The notes: generated by a model from the sequence alone, not told the origin. DNA of 64,000 nt from Patescibacteria group bacterium (GCA_028717565.1 JAQUNP010000002.1:90054-154053), one strand, 5' to 3'; positions 8,775 to 17,069 are shown, counted from the stretch's first letter. Translations and numbers: made by a program.

Positions 8775-9038
8775 TCAGGGCTTCTTATCAGATTGAGCGA
8801 TGTTGTTTTGCTCTGCCAATTTTTTGCAGTGCAGCAATCGGGTATAGACGCCACCACCCAGAAAAAACTCGCGCTCAGTCATTTCGGGACCACTAATATG
8901 GTCGATAAGTTCGCGGAGAGAAGCGAAGCCGCACTGGCTTGGCAGGGTTTTGAACCCTTGGAAGCCGTAATCCTGAACCATCAGATCAAGTAGTGGTATA
9001 TCACTTTCCTTAATCTTGGAGCCAATTATCTGGTGCAT
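8775..9038 (-). CDS. Hypothetical protein
   Basis: Minus-strand ORF with GAGGTG shortly upstream of the ATG at 9038. No family recognised. A competing + strand ORF at 8739-8993 looks less protein-like. Confidence 0.4.
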   Translation of the reverse strand: MHQIIGSKIKESDIPLLDLMVQDYGFQGFKTLPSQCGFASLRELIDHISGPEMTEREFFLGGGVYTRLLHCKKLAEQNNIAQSDKKP

Positions 9039-9110
9039 GGTCACCTCACAATGTACGAATGGCTTTATTGTACACTATAAAACTCTAATGGTCGTATCTA
9101 TAATGGATCT

Positions 9111-10481
9111 ATGGCAAAAAAGAGTTTTGCAGGGAAACGGATAGCTGTCATCGGGCTCGGCAAAGAGGGTCTGGATTTGGTTATGTTTTTGCATCGTGAA
9201 GGTGCCCAGGTAATGGTATTGGATAAAAGTACACCCAAGGCCTTGGGGGCTAATTATACGGTGGCTAAAAAGGCTGGTGCCAATTTTAACCTAGGTGCCC
9301 ATTATCTAGCCGATCTAGCAAGGTTTGATATCATCTTTCGTTCGCCTGGAGTGCCTTTGGACACCCCGGCACTAAAGGCGGTGGCAAAAAAGGTGCCGAT
9401 GAGTAGTGCTATCCGATTGTTTATGGAGCGGTGTCCGGCAAAGATGGTGGGGATTACGGGCACCAAGGGCAAATCAACTACTACGGCTTTGGTTTATCAT
9501 TTGTTCAAAGGGCATAAACGGGTGTGGTTGGCAGGTAATATTGGTGTGGCGCCTTTGCAGCTTTTAACCAAGTTAAAGAAGAGTGACATAGTTGTTTTGG
9601 AGCTGTCGAGTTTTCAGCTAGAGGATGTAAGGATGAGTCCGCACGTGGCGGTGCTTTTGAATGTAGTGCCGGAGCATTTGGACCGACATGGGACTTTCGC
9701 CAAATACTTAAAAGCTAAACAAAATATTTTTACACATCAGGGTAAAAGTGATTGGCTGGTAGCTAGTCGTGATTTTGAGGTTACTCGTGAAGCTTTAAAA
9801 AAATCTAGGGCTAAAAAATTTGGCTATTCTACTCGCAAGGTTTTGGATCGGGGGTTGTATTTGGCAAAAGACAAGATTGTGTATCGCGATGTGCGCACGG
9901 GCAAACGGCGAGAGGTAATTGATAGAAAAGAGGTGTCTTTATTGGGCGAACACAACCTGCAAAATATTTTGCCGGCGGTGGCGGTAGCACTGACGCAGCG
10001 AGTGCCGCTAAAGCACATTGTTAAAAAACTAAAAACCTTCAAGTCACTTCCCCACCGGTTAGAATTTGTGCGAGAGAAAAAAGGGGTGTTGTTTGTAAAT
10101 GATTCTTTGGGGACTACGCCAGAAGCGGCTATTGCGGCTACGGAAAGTTTTGCTTATACCAACGTGGCGCTCATAGTTGGCGGGGTATACAAAGGAGGAG
10201 ATATTGATGCTCTAGCGAAGGCGGCTCAAAAACACGGGGTCAGGTTTGTGGCCTTGATTGGCAAGTCGACACCACTTTTCTACAAAAGCTTCAAGAGATA
10301 TGCTCCGGATGTAAAGACGGAGGGCTTCCCACACCTGCGTGCGGCAATCAAGGGGGGCTTTGGGGCTGTGAAAGACCGAGGTGGGGTGGTAATATTGGCG
10401 CCAGCCGCTGCTAGCTTTGATATGTTTAAAAATGCTTATGAACGAGGGGATCAGTTTCGGGACTTGGTGAAGAGGTTATAA
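9111..10481 (+). CDS. murD: UDP-N-acetylmuramoylalanine--D-glutamate ligase
   Basis: Rossmann-like N-terminus (RIAVIGLGKEG). Mur ligase P-loop GITGTKGKSTT. dcw order places it before ftsW. Confidence 0.92.
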   Translation: MAKKSFAGKRIAVIGLGKEGLDLVMFLHREGAQVMVLDKSTPKALGANYTVAKKAGANFNLGAHYLADLARFDIIFRSPGVPLDTPALKAVAKKVPMSSAIRLFMERCPAKMVGITGTKGKSTTTALVYHLFKGHKRVWLAGNIGVAPLQLLTKLKKSDIVVLELSSFQLEDVRMSPHVAVLLNVVPEHLDRHGTFAKYLKAKQNIFTHQGKSDWLVASRDFEVTREALKKSRAKKFGYSTRKVLDRGLYLAKDKIVYRDVRTGKRREVIDRKEVSLLGEHNLQNILPAVAVALTQRVPLKHIVKKLKTFKSLPHRLEFVREKKGVLFVNDSLGTTPEAAIAATESFAYTNVALIVGGVYKGGDIDALAKAAQKHGVRFVALIGKSTPLFYKSFKRYAPDVKTEGFPHLRAAIKGGFGAVKDRGGVVILAPAAASFDMFKNAYERGDQFRDLVKRL

Positions 10482-10635
10482 TAGGTAGGTGACCCCGTAG
10501 AGAATTTTAGAATTGTTTTTTATAATGCAATCAGTTTAGTTTTGCACACTTGGATGTGGTGTATGGGTGGGGGTTGGTTTTTATATTAAACTTCAAAAAC
10601 AAAAGCATTATTTTTTTAAAATCTTCTACAGGGTG
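10477..10635 (+). promoter_or_regulatory. Promoter-leader module copy 1 (upstream of ftsW), bounded by an imperfect inverted repeat
   Basis: TATAAT (10477-10482), then CCCCGTAGAGAATTTTAGAAT (10493-10513), then TAAAATCTTCTACAGGG (10617-10633), which abuts an in-frame GTG. A homologous module lies at 57237-57392. Confidence 0.6.
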
Positions 10636-11814
10636 AAAAATTATCACCGACAAGATAACTACTTGGCATTGGTCATACTGGGGCTGGTGATTTTTGGTTT
10701 GATTATGGTGGCATCAGCATCGGTGGTACAGTCCTACGAAGCAGCTGGAACTAATAATTATTATTTGATTCGCCAAGCTATCTTTGCCGGGGTCGGTCTG
10801 TTTTTTTGGTGGGTTTTTCAAAGGATTGATTATAGGTATTGGAAGCGTTATGCTACCATCTTTTTGGCGGTTGGTGTTATCGCATTGTTGCTAGTGCTGG
10901 TGCCAGGTATCGGTGTAGAGGCGGGTGGTGCCAAACGTTGGATAAACTTGGGCTTTTCAACACTGCAGGCCAGTGAGTTAATGAAGTTTGGTTTAATAGT
11001 ATATTTTGCTTACTGGTTTGAGAAAAAGGGTAGGGAAATCGGGGATTTTTATAAAACCTTTTTGCCCTTCTGTGTGATTGTAGGCGCGATATTTCTTTTG
11101 GTCATGCAGGGGCCAGACCTGGGCACAGCTACGTTGATAGCGATTATTGCGGGGGTGATGTACATGGGAGCTGGAGCTACCTGGGGACAGCTGGGTATTT
11201 TATTTTTTGGTGGCCTAAGTGCTATTCTGGTGCTGATAAAAGCGGCGCCGTATCGGTTCAGGCGATTGCTAACTTTTTTGAACCCGGGAGCTGATCCGCT
11301 CGGGGCGGGGTATCATATTAATCAGGCCTTGTTAGCTATCGGTAGTGGCGGCTTGTTCGGTTTGGGATATGGACATAGTCGGCAAAAATATAATTTTTTG
11401 CCGGAAGCGGCCTCTGACTCTATCTTTGCAGTAATTGGTGAGGAGTTGGGGTTGATTGGTACGGTCTTTTTGGTACTTTTGCCATTCGCTTTTATTGTGT
11501 GGCGAGGACTAGTGGTAGCCAGAAGGGCGCCAGATATGTTCGGACGGATGTTGGCTTTGGGTATTACCACTTGGATTGGTTTGCAGGCGGTGCTCAATAT
11601 GGGTGCGACTGTGGGTATGTTGCCGTTAACGGGTGTGCCTTTGCCGTTTGTGTCCTTGGGTGGCAGCTCGCTAGTCATTATGTTGATGGCGGCGGGTGTC
11701 CTCTTGAATATTTCCAAGCAAACTGTTACAACATCTAGAGATGAAAGTCCTTTTAGTGGGTGGTGGAACTGGGGGGCACGTGATGCCGACATTGGCCGTA
11801 GCCGCCGCTCTTAA
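10633..11814 (+). CDS. ftsW: SEDS-family peptidoglycan glycosyltransferase FtsW/RodA
   Basis: 10-TM SEDS pattern (GAKRWINLG, PDLGTA, LPEAASDSIFAVIGEELG, TGVPLPFVSLGGSS). The GTG at 10633 is preferred over the ORF-track start 10567, which lies inside the leader repeat. The 3' end overlaps murG by 74 nt. Confidence 0.85.
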   Translation: MKNYHRQDNYLALVILGLVIFGLIMVASASVVQSYEAAGTNNYYLIRQAIFAGVGLFFWWVFQRIDYRYWKRYATIFLAVGVIALLLVLVPGIGVEAGGAKRWINLGFSTLQASELMKFGLIVYFAYWFEKKGREIGDFYKTFLPFCVIVGAIFLLVMQGPDLGTATLIAIIAGVMYMGAGATWGQLGILFFGGLSAILVLIKAAPYRFRRLLTFLNPGADPLGAGYHINQALLAIGSGGLFGLGYGHSRQKYNFLPEAASDSIFAVIGEELGLIGTVFLVLLPFAFIVWRGLVVARRAPDMFGRMLALGITTWIGLQAVLNMGATVGMLPLTGVPLPFVSLGGSSLVIMLMAAGVLLNISKQTVTTSRDESPFSGWWNWGARDADIGRSRRS

Positions 11815-12847
11815 AGACAAATCTAAAGATATCGTCTTGCTGTATGTAGGTTCGACTAAACCTGCAGATCGCGAGTTGGTAGAGAGCGCCGGAATTGAGT
11901 TCCGGGCGATTTCAGCAGGCAAACTGCGTCGGTATTTTTCGCTGGAAAATGTGGCCGATGTCTTTCGATTTTTCAGAGGTGTAGGCCAGGCAAAAAAGAT
12001 AATTGCGGATTTTGCCCCCGATATCGTATTTGCTAAGGGCGGATATGTTTCTTTGCCAGTGGTCTTGGCGGCGGCACGGGCAGGTGTACCAGTAGTTGTG
12101 CATGAGTCAGACAACCGACTGGGCTTGTCTAACCGACTGTCCTTACGAGCGGCGACCAGAGTGGCGGTAGCATACCCCATTGCGCAATATTTAAAAAACA
12201 ACCCCAAATTATCTCAATATAAGGCCAAGCTGGTTTATACCGGTTTGCCCATGGATGTTGACTTATTGAAAACTCAGCCGCGGACCTTTTTCCATAACCG
12301 ACGAAAAACACTGATGGTGGCAGGTGGTTCGCAGGGAGCTAAGGCGATTAATGAGACCTTTTGGAAGATATTGCCCGAGGTATTGACTAATTATAATGTT
12401 ATCCATCAAACTGGCACTTTAAGTTTTGAACGAGCCAAGGCCGAAAAGACCACTTTGCCCGATACCTTGGCAGAGAACTATTTCATTTTTGATTTTGATA
12501 TTAGAACCTATCGCGAAGGGTTGCTGGCGGCAGACGCCATAGTGTCACGTTCCGGTTCTTCCGTGTTTGATTTTCAGGCCTTTGGTGTGCCTGCCATACT
12601 AATTCCCCTGCCAGGTAGCGCTGGGGATCACCAGGTAAGAAATGCTCATTTTTTGACTGAAACAGGGGCAGCGACGGCTTTAGACCAAAAAAAGCTTACC
12701 CCCGAGAAGCTTTTGGCCATGATTGAACAGGTGTTGAATGAAGACGATGTACGAGAAGTAATGACGCAAAAGATGCAGGAGCTTGGTAAAATAAGTATTG
12801 GAGCCAGTAGTAGTGTAGCCGATCTTATTTTAGGACTTGTTAAATGA
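11741..12847 (+). CDS. murG: Lipid II-forming UDP-GlcNAc transferase
   Basis: N-terminal GGGTGGH and a C-terminal glycosyltransferase-28 block (SRSGSSVFDFQAFGVPAILIP). dcw order. Confidence 0.93.
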   Translation: MKVLLVGGGTGGHVMPTLAVAAALKDKSKDIVLLYVGSTKPADRELVESAGIEFRAISAGKLRRYFSLENVADVFRFFRGVGQAKKIIADFAPDIVFAKGGYVSLPVVLAAARAGVPVVVHESDNRLGLSNRLSLRAATRVAVAYPIAQYLKNNPKLSQYKAKLVYTGLPMDVDLLKTQPRTFFHNRRKTLMVAGGSQGAKAINETFWKILPEVLTNYNVIHQTGTLSFERAKAEKTTLPDTLAENYFIFDFDIRTYREGLLAADAIVSRSGSSVFDFQAFGVPAILIPLPGSAGDHQVRNAHFLTETGAATALDQKKLTPEKLLAMIEQVLNEDDVREVMTQKMQELGKISIGASSSVADLILGLVK

Positions 12848-13434
12848 AGCCATTACACCACGGGGTTAGAACCACAATTTGGGTAGTTGTTATAGCACTC
12901 GTGGCCTTCGTGTTTGCCAACTGGGGATTTTTTGTAAAAAATGTATCCTTTTGGTGGCAACGCGATGTGTCCGGATCTTGGACTGCGCTGGCGGGGGAAT
13001 TGGAGGAGCCCAATCGGATTAGAGTGGCGTCTTTAGATATTGAAGCCCCGTTAATTTATATCGATGAGGTGGGCGAGGGGCCATTTCAGGAAGCGCTAGC
13101 CCAAGGCGTGGTGCACTATCCGGGCACAGCTTTGCCGGGTCAAACTGGCAATGCGTTTTATTTTGGTCATTCATCCGATTTTGCTTATAAGCCCGGGGAA
13201 TATAAAACCGTTTTTGCGCTTTTGCCCCAGGTGGCAGTAGGCGACGTGGTGGAGGTGAGCGATGCGCGGGGGCGAGTGTATAGTTATGAAATTTATAACA
13301 CGATGGTGGTCTCCCCTACTCAAATTGAGGTTTTGGGACAGGGTGATGGCAACGAGCGGTTGTTAACTCTGCAGACGTCCTATCCGGTGGGGACGGCCTT
13401 CAAGCGATTTATCGTTCAGGCAAAATTAATCTAG
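12844..13434 (+). CDS. Sortase-fold protein with Ser replacing the catalytic Cys (TLQTS)
   Basis: N-terminal TM. Sortase pattern HYPGTALPGQTGNAFYFGHSS (His), LLTLQTSYP in place of TLxTC (Ser179 codon TCC at 13378-13380), and a downstream Arg (KRF). ATGA coupling to murG. Confidence 0.72.
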   Translation: MKPLHHGVRTTIWVVVIALVAFVFANWGFFVKNVSFWWQRDVSGSWTALAGELEEPNRIRVASLDIEAPLIYIDEVGEGPFQEALAQGVVHYPGTALPGQTGNAFYFGHSSDFAYKPGEYKTVFALLPQVAVGDVVEVSDARGRVYSYEIYNTMVVSPTQIEVLGQGDGNERLLTLQTSYPVGTAFKRFIVQAKLI

Positions 13435-13441
13435 AAGTTTT

Positions 13442-14809
13442 ATGAAAAAGAAACACTACCACCTGTTGGGGATTGGAGGCGTTGGTATGCAAGGGTTGGC
13501 CGAACTGTTGCATACCCAAGGGCACAAGGTTTCGGGTTCTGATATGCGGGAGTTTGATGCTATGCATCAAATGCGATTTAAGGGCATCGACGTGCAGATT
13601 GGACATAGTGCCAAACATCTGGCCAAGGATGTTGACGAGGTTATTATGTCGGTGGCTATCCCCAAAAACAATCCAGAGCTCAAAGCAGCCGAAGCGAGAA
13701 AGCTACCGGTGAGGCGTCGTCTAGAACTAGTCGGTGAGTTGATGTCGAAGAAAATCGGCATCGCTATTTCTGGTACTCACGGCAAAACTACTACCACCAA
13801 AATGGTGACAATGATATTGCAGGCGGCTGGTCATAATCCCACGGCTTTGATCGGGGCCGAGGTAAAAAATTTGAGTGCGAATGTCGCAATTGGCGATGGA
13901 CCAGAGATGGTGGTAGAGGGCTGTGAGTATGGTCGGTCGTTTCTGGATTTAAAACCAAAAATCGCAGTCATTACAAACATTGAAGCCGATCACTTGGATT
14001 ATTATAAGGACCTAGAGGAGATTAAGGCGGCTTTTCGTGAGTTTGCTCTGAGCGTACCTAAAAAAGACGGTATCATTATTGCTAATGGCGATGACAGGAA
14101 TGTGCGAGAGGTGTTAGCGCAAGTTGACCGGAAAAAGGTGTTCGTGGGTTTTGCAAAAGATAATGATTTGCAGGCAACCAATCTAGAGTTTAAAGAAGGA
14201 CGGTTGTATTTCTCGGTCAATGGAGAGCGACTGCATTTACAAGTACCGGGGCGGCACAACGTGGCCGATGCACTTTTGGCTTGGGCGGTGGCGAGACATC
14301 TCAAGATTTGTGATGCGACAGTCAAACATGTCCTGCAGGATGAGTTTAGGGGTGTAGAACGTCGATTCCAGCTCTTGGGTACGGTCAAGGGCATGACTTT
14401 TATGGATGATTACGCACATCACCCGACCGAGATTAAAGCTACCTTAGAGGGTATGCGAGAGTATTTTGGTAAACGACGGCTGGTGGTGGTTTTTCATCCA
14501 CATCAGTTTAGTCGCACTCGCCTACTGCTAAATGATTTTGCAACTAGTTTCGGGCAGGCGGATTTAGTGGTGGTGGCTCCGATTTATGCGGTACGCGATA
14601 GTGAAGCGGACAAAAAAGCCGTTTCAGCCGAGGGTTTGGTCGAGGTGATTAATCGGGCTGGTGGGCGAGCCAAGTTCGTGGGTGATTTCGATAAAATAAA
14701 ACAATATGTGGTCAAGGAGCTCAAGCCCGGCGACGTGTTACTGACTTTGGGGGCGGGCCGAGCCAATGTTTTTGGTGACGAGCTTTTGAAATATTTGCGA
14801 GACAAGTGA
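13442..14809 (+). CDS. murC: UDP-N-acetylmuramate--L-alanine ligase
   Basis: HLLGIGGVGM N-terminus. P-loop ISGTHGKTTTT. DDYAHHP block. Confidence 0.93.
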   Translation: MKKKHYHLLGIGGVGMQGLAELLHTQGHKVSGSDMREFDAMHQMRFKGIDVQIGHSAKHLAKDVDEVIMSVAIPKNNPELKAAEARKLPVRRRLELVGELMSKKIGIAISGTHGKTTTTKMVTMILQAAGHNPTALIGAEVKNLSANVAIGDGPEMVVEGCEYGRSFLDLKPKIAVITNIEADHLDYYKDLEEIKAAFREFALSVPKKDGIIIANGDDRNVREVLAQVDRKKVFVGFAKDNDLQATNLEFKEGRLYFSVNGERLHLQVPGRHNVADALLAWAVARHLKICDATVKHVLQDEFRGVERRFQLLGTVKGMTFMDDYAHHPTEIKATLEGMREYFGKRRLVVVFHPHQFSRTRLLLNDFATSFGQADLVVVAPIYAVRDSEADKKAVSAEGLVEVINRAGGRAKFVGDFDKIKQYVVKELKPGDVLLTLGAGRANVFGDELLKYLRDK

Positions 14810-14837
14810 TTACATTGAGTCATGGGGTATTAGCGGG

Positions 14838-15722
14838 GTGAAGATAAAAATCAATTTTAATTGGTGGAGGAACTTGCGATTTAGGCGGGCTACGCGCCCA
14901 CGGGTTTTGGGCTACAGGCAAAAACTCAAAGAACGACAACGATTGGGTCGTGAGTTAAGACAAAAAGCGGCGCTGCAATTGACTGGAGCCAAGCTGCGGC
15001 AGGTTAAATTCCAAACCAAAGTGGGCCCGTTTATAAAAGTGGGTGTGGGTGTGGTACTGGTGTTGGTGATTTATTTCATTTTCTTTTCCAACTTCTTTAT
15101 GCTCGACAATCTCAAGATTACTGGCACGCATTTGTTGGAGCCGGAGGAGGTGCAACACGTACTTTTCCCTAAGGGTTTTACAAAAGTTAATGCGATAACT
15201 TTTATGGAGGGGTTGGCCAAACGTAAGCTTTTGAAACAAAACCAAATCGCCGACGTGGCCTTTAGCAAAAATTTAATTTCTAATACGCTAACGGTTGAGG
15301 TGACCGAGCATCAGACCTCAATTATTTGGCAGACCGGTGGACAACAATTTTTGGTGAACCGATTTGGAGTGGTGTATGACGAGGCCGAACCAGGCAGCCC
15401 ATTGCTAGTAGTGGAGGATCTGAAGAATGTGCCAATATCTTTAAGTCAGAAAATCGTGACTACTGAATTCATTGACTTTGTAACCAGTTTTGCGGCGAAC
15501 TTGCCCAGGCGGACGAATATTACAATTCGTCGGATTACTGTCCCCGAGACCACATTTGAAGTGGAAATGGAAACCAAGGACGGTTGGCGAATCATCTTGG
15601 ATACGACAGCTTCATGGGAGGAACAGCTAAATAACTTGGTGCGGGTTTTGAGGGAGATGCCCGATCAACCGCCGAGCGAGTATATTGATTTGCGAGTCGG
15701 TAAAAGGGTTTATTACAAATAA
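14838..15722 (+). CDS. ftsQ: FtsQ/DivIB-like division protein (POTRA domain)
   Basis: Basic cytoplasmic N-terminus, one TM, then a POTRA-like LDNLKITGTHLLEPEEV. Positioned after murC. GTG start is uncertain. Confidence 0.7.
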   Translation: MKIKINFNWWRNLRFRRATRPRVLGYRQKLKERQRLGRELRQKAALQLTGAKLRQVKFQTKVGPFIKVGVGVVLVLVIYFIFFSNFFMLDNLKITGTHLLEPEEVQHVLFPKGFTKVNAITFMEGLAKRKLLKQNQIADVAFSKNLISNTLTVEVTEHQTSIIWQTGGQQFLVNRFGVVYDEAEPGSPLLVVEDLKNVPISLSQKIVTTEFIDFVTSFAANLPRRTNITIRRITVPETTFEVEMETKDGWRIILDTTASWEEQLNNLVRVLREMPDQPPSEYIDLRVGKRVYYK

Positions 15723-15736
15723 GGTAAAATAAGATT

Positions 15737-16018
15737 ATGAATGGTTTGCTGATCATCGTTGGTATCGGGCTGCTAGCATGGATTTGGTTGGGACATCGGC
15801 ATGTACCGGAGTTTGGTGTGCACAGCGAAAAGGAAGAGCGGCTGGCAGCGGGGCTAATGCTGCTGCGTAAAAACAAAAGTTTGACCAACGCTCAGTATCG
15901 CAAGGTGGCTAAGGTGTCGGAAGCCCAGGCCACTCGGGATTTAGATCTGTTGGAAAGGGCAGGAGTAATTGTGCAGCAGGGCAAGGTCGGACGGTTTGTA
16001 AAGTATGTTTTGAGGTAA
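15737..16018 (+). CDS. Small membrane-anchored winged-HTH protein
   Basis: N-terminal TM (LLIIVGIGLLAWIWL). C-terminal LTNAQYRKVAKVSEAQATRDLDLLERAGVIVQQGKVGRFVKYVL resembles a wHTH. Confidence 0.5.
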   Translation: MNGLLIIVGIGLLAWIWLGHRHVPEFGVHSEKEERLAAGLMLLRKNKSLTNAQYRKVAKVSEAQATRDLDLLERAGVIVQQGKVGRFVKYVLR

Positions 16019-16020
16019 AA

Positions 16021-16049
16021 TTCAATGGCTCATTTTTTGAGCCATTGAA
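16021..16049. terminator. Hairpin-family terminator (TTCAATGGCTCA-TTTTT-TGAGCCATTGAA)
   Basis: Perfect 12-bp stem with A/T runs on both sides. Confidence 0.8.
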
Positions 16050-16052
16050 AAT

Positions 16053-16080
16053 TTGACAAATTTTTGACAGGGGCTAGAAT
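16053..16080 (+). promoter_or_regulatory. Sigma70-like promoter of the leader upstream of the aaRS-like gene
   Basis: TTGACA-16nt-TAGAAT. Confidence 0.55.
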
Positions 16081-16145
16081 GTTAGAAGAATTATGAAGAA
16101 ATTTTGCTTTCATTTTCGAGATATTTGCTTAATCCGATGATGATG

Positions 16146-16168
16146 CGGGCCGGGAGGCCCGTTTTTTT
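16146..16168 (+). terminator. Leader terminator or attenuator upstream of the aaRS-like gene
   Basis: CGGGCC-GGGA-GGCCCG followed by TTTTTTT. It lies 40 nt before the RBS and ATG at 16208. Confidence 0.7.
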
Positions 16169-16207
16169 ATGCCCAAAAGATATATTTGTTAAGTTGGAGG
16201 AGGAAGT

Positions 16208-17053
16208 ATGATAGACATATTTGAATACGACTTTGTCGTAGCCAAGATGCGAGAGTTTTTTAAGGCCCGCGGATTTATTGAGGTACCAGTTCAGAGTCGG
16301 GTTTCGATTCTGGCTGCCTGTGAGGATCCCAAAACGGTGGCCAAGTACGACTTTGGAGGAACAATGTGGCCCCTACCCCAAACTGGCCAAGTATGGCTGG
16401 AGATAGAACTCTTAAAACATCCAGAAGTAGCTGGAGTTTTTTGTATTTCGACCAGCTATCGGGATGAGCCAAATCCGATTCCGGGTAGGCATGATAAAAT
16501 TTTCCCAATGGTTGAGTTTGAGAGCCGAGGCGATATGGTGGACTTGATGAAGCTGGAAAGTGAGCTATTGGGATTTCTGGGCTTTTCGAGCCCCGCTATG
16601 GACGTTGCCTATAACAATGTGGCTAAGTTTTATGCGGTTGAGGATTTACAGGCATCTCACGAAACCGACATGCAAAAGGATTTTGCACCGATTGTCTTTT
16701 TGACTCATTTTCCTTTTACCAGTCATCCGTTTTGGAACATGAAGCATATTGACAATGATATCTTCGCTAAGGTCGATGTCATCATTCATGGCATGGAAAC
16801 GATTGGCAGTGCCGAGCGCAGTTGTAGCCCGGAAGAAATGCGTAAATATTTTTATACCGTAAGTGAAGGTGGCTACGCCCAATTGTTATTCGATCTATTC
16901 GGTCGTGAGCGAGTCGAGCGGGAGTTAGAGGCCTATCTGGCTTTACCGATGACCAAGCGCTTTGGTGGTGGTATCGGAGTGACCAGAATGATTCGGGCGA
17001 TGAAGCTAGAGGGAGTGATGCCCAAATTTGCTCAAAAGGTCGGTGTGGCCTAA
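16208..17053 (+). CDS. Stand-alone class II aaRS-like catalytic core (AsnA / AsnRS-AspRS-paralog-like), no anticodon-binding domain
   Basis: Motif 1-like FFKARGFIEVPVQ. Motif 2-like STSYRDEPNPIPGRHDKIFPMVEFE. Motif 3-like GGGIGVTRMIRAM. Only 281 aa. Confidence 0.6.
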   Translation: MIDIFEYDFVVAKMREFFKARGFIEVPVQSRVSILAACEDPKTVAKYDFGGTMWPLPQTGQVWLEIELLKHPEVAGVFCISTSYRDEPNPIPGRHDKIFPMVEFESRGDMVDLMKLESELLGFLGFSSPAMDVAYNNVAKFYAVEDLQASHETDMQKDFAPIVFLTHFPFTSHPFWNMKHIDNDIFAKVDVIIHGMETIGSAERSCSPEEMRKYFYTVSEGGYAQLLFDLFGRERVERELEAYLALPMTKRFGGGIGVTRMIRAMKLEGVMPKFAQKVGVA

Positions 17054-17069
17054 AAACCTTTGACTGGGA

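Noticed and set aside
8739-8993. 84-aa + strand ORF competing with the minus-strand ORF at 8775-9038
   Set aside because: It starts inside a hairpin and has no RBS. The minus-strand ORF has GAGGTG upstream. Neither has a recognisable family, so even the retained call has low confidence.
11671-12207. 178-aa minus-strand ORF overlapping the ftsW 3' end and murG
   Set aside because: It is antisense to two confidently identified genes. Its composition is low-complexity (Ala/Arg/Ser/Thr-rich) and it has no RBS. This is typical shadow ORF behaviour.
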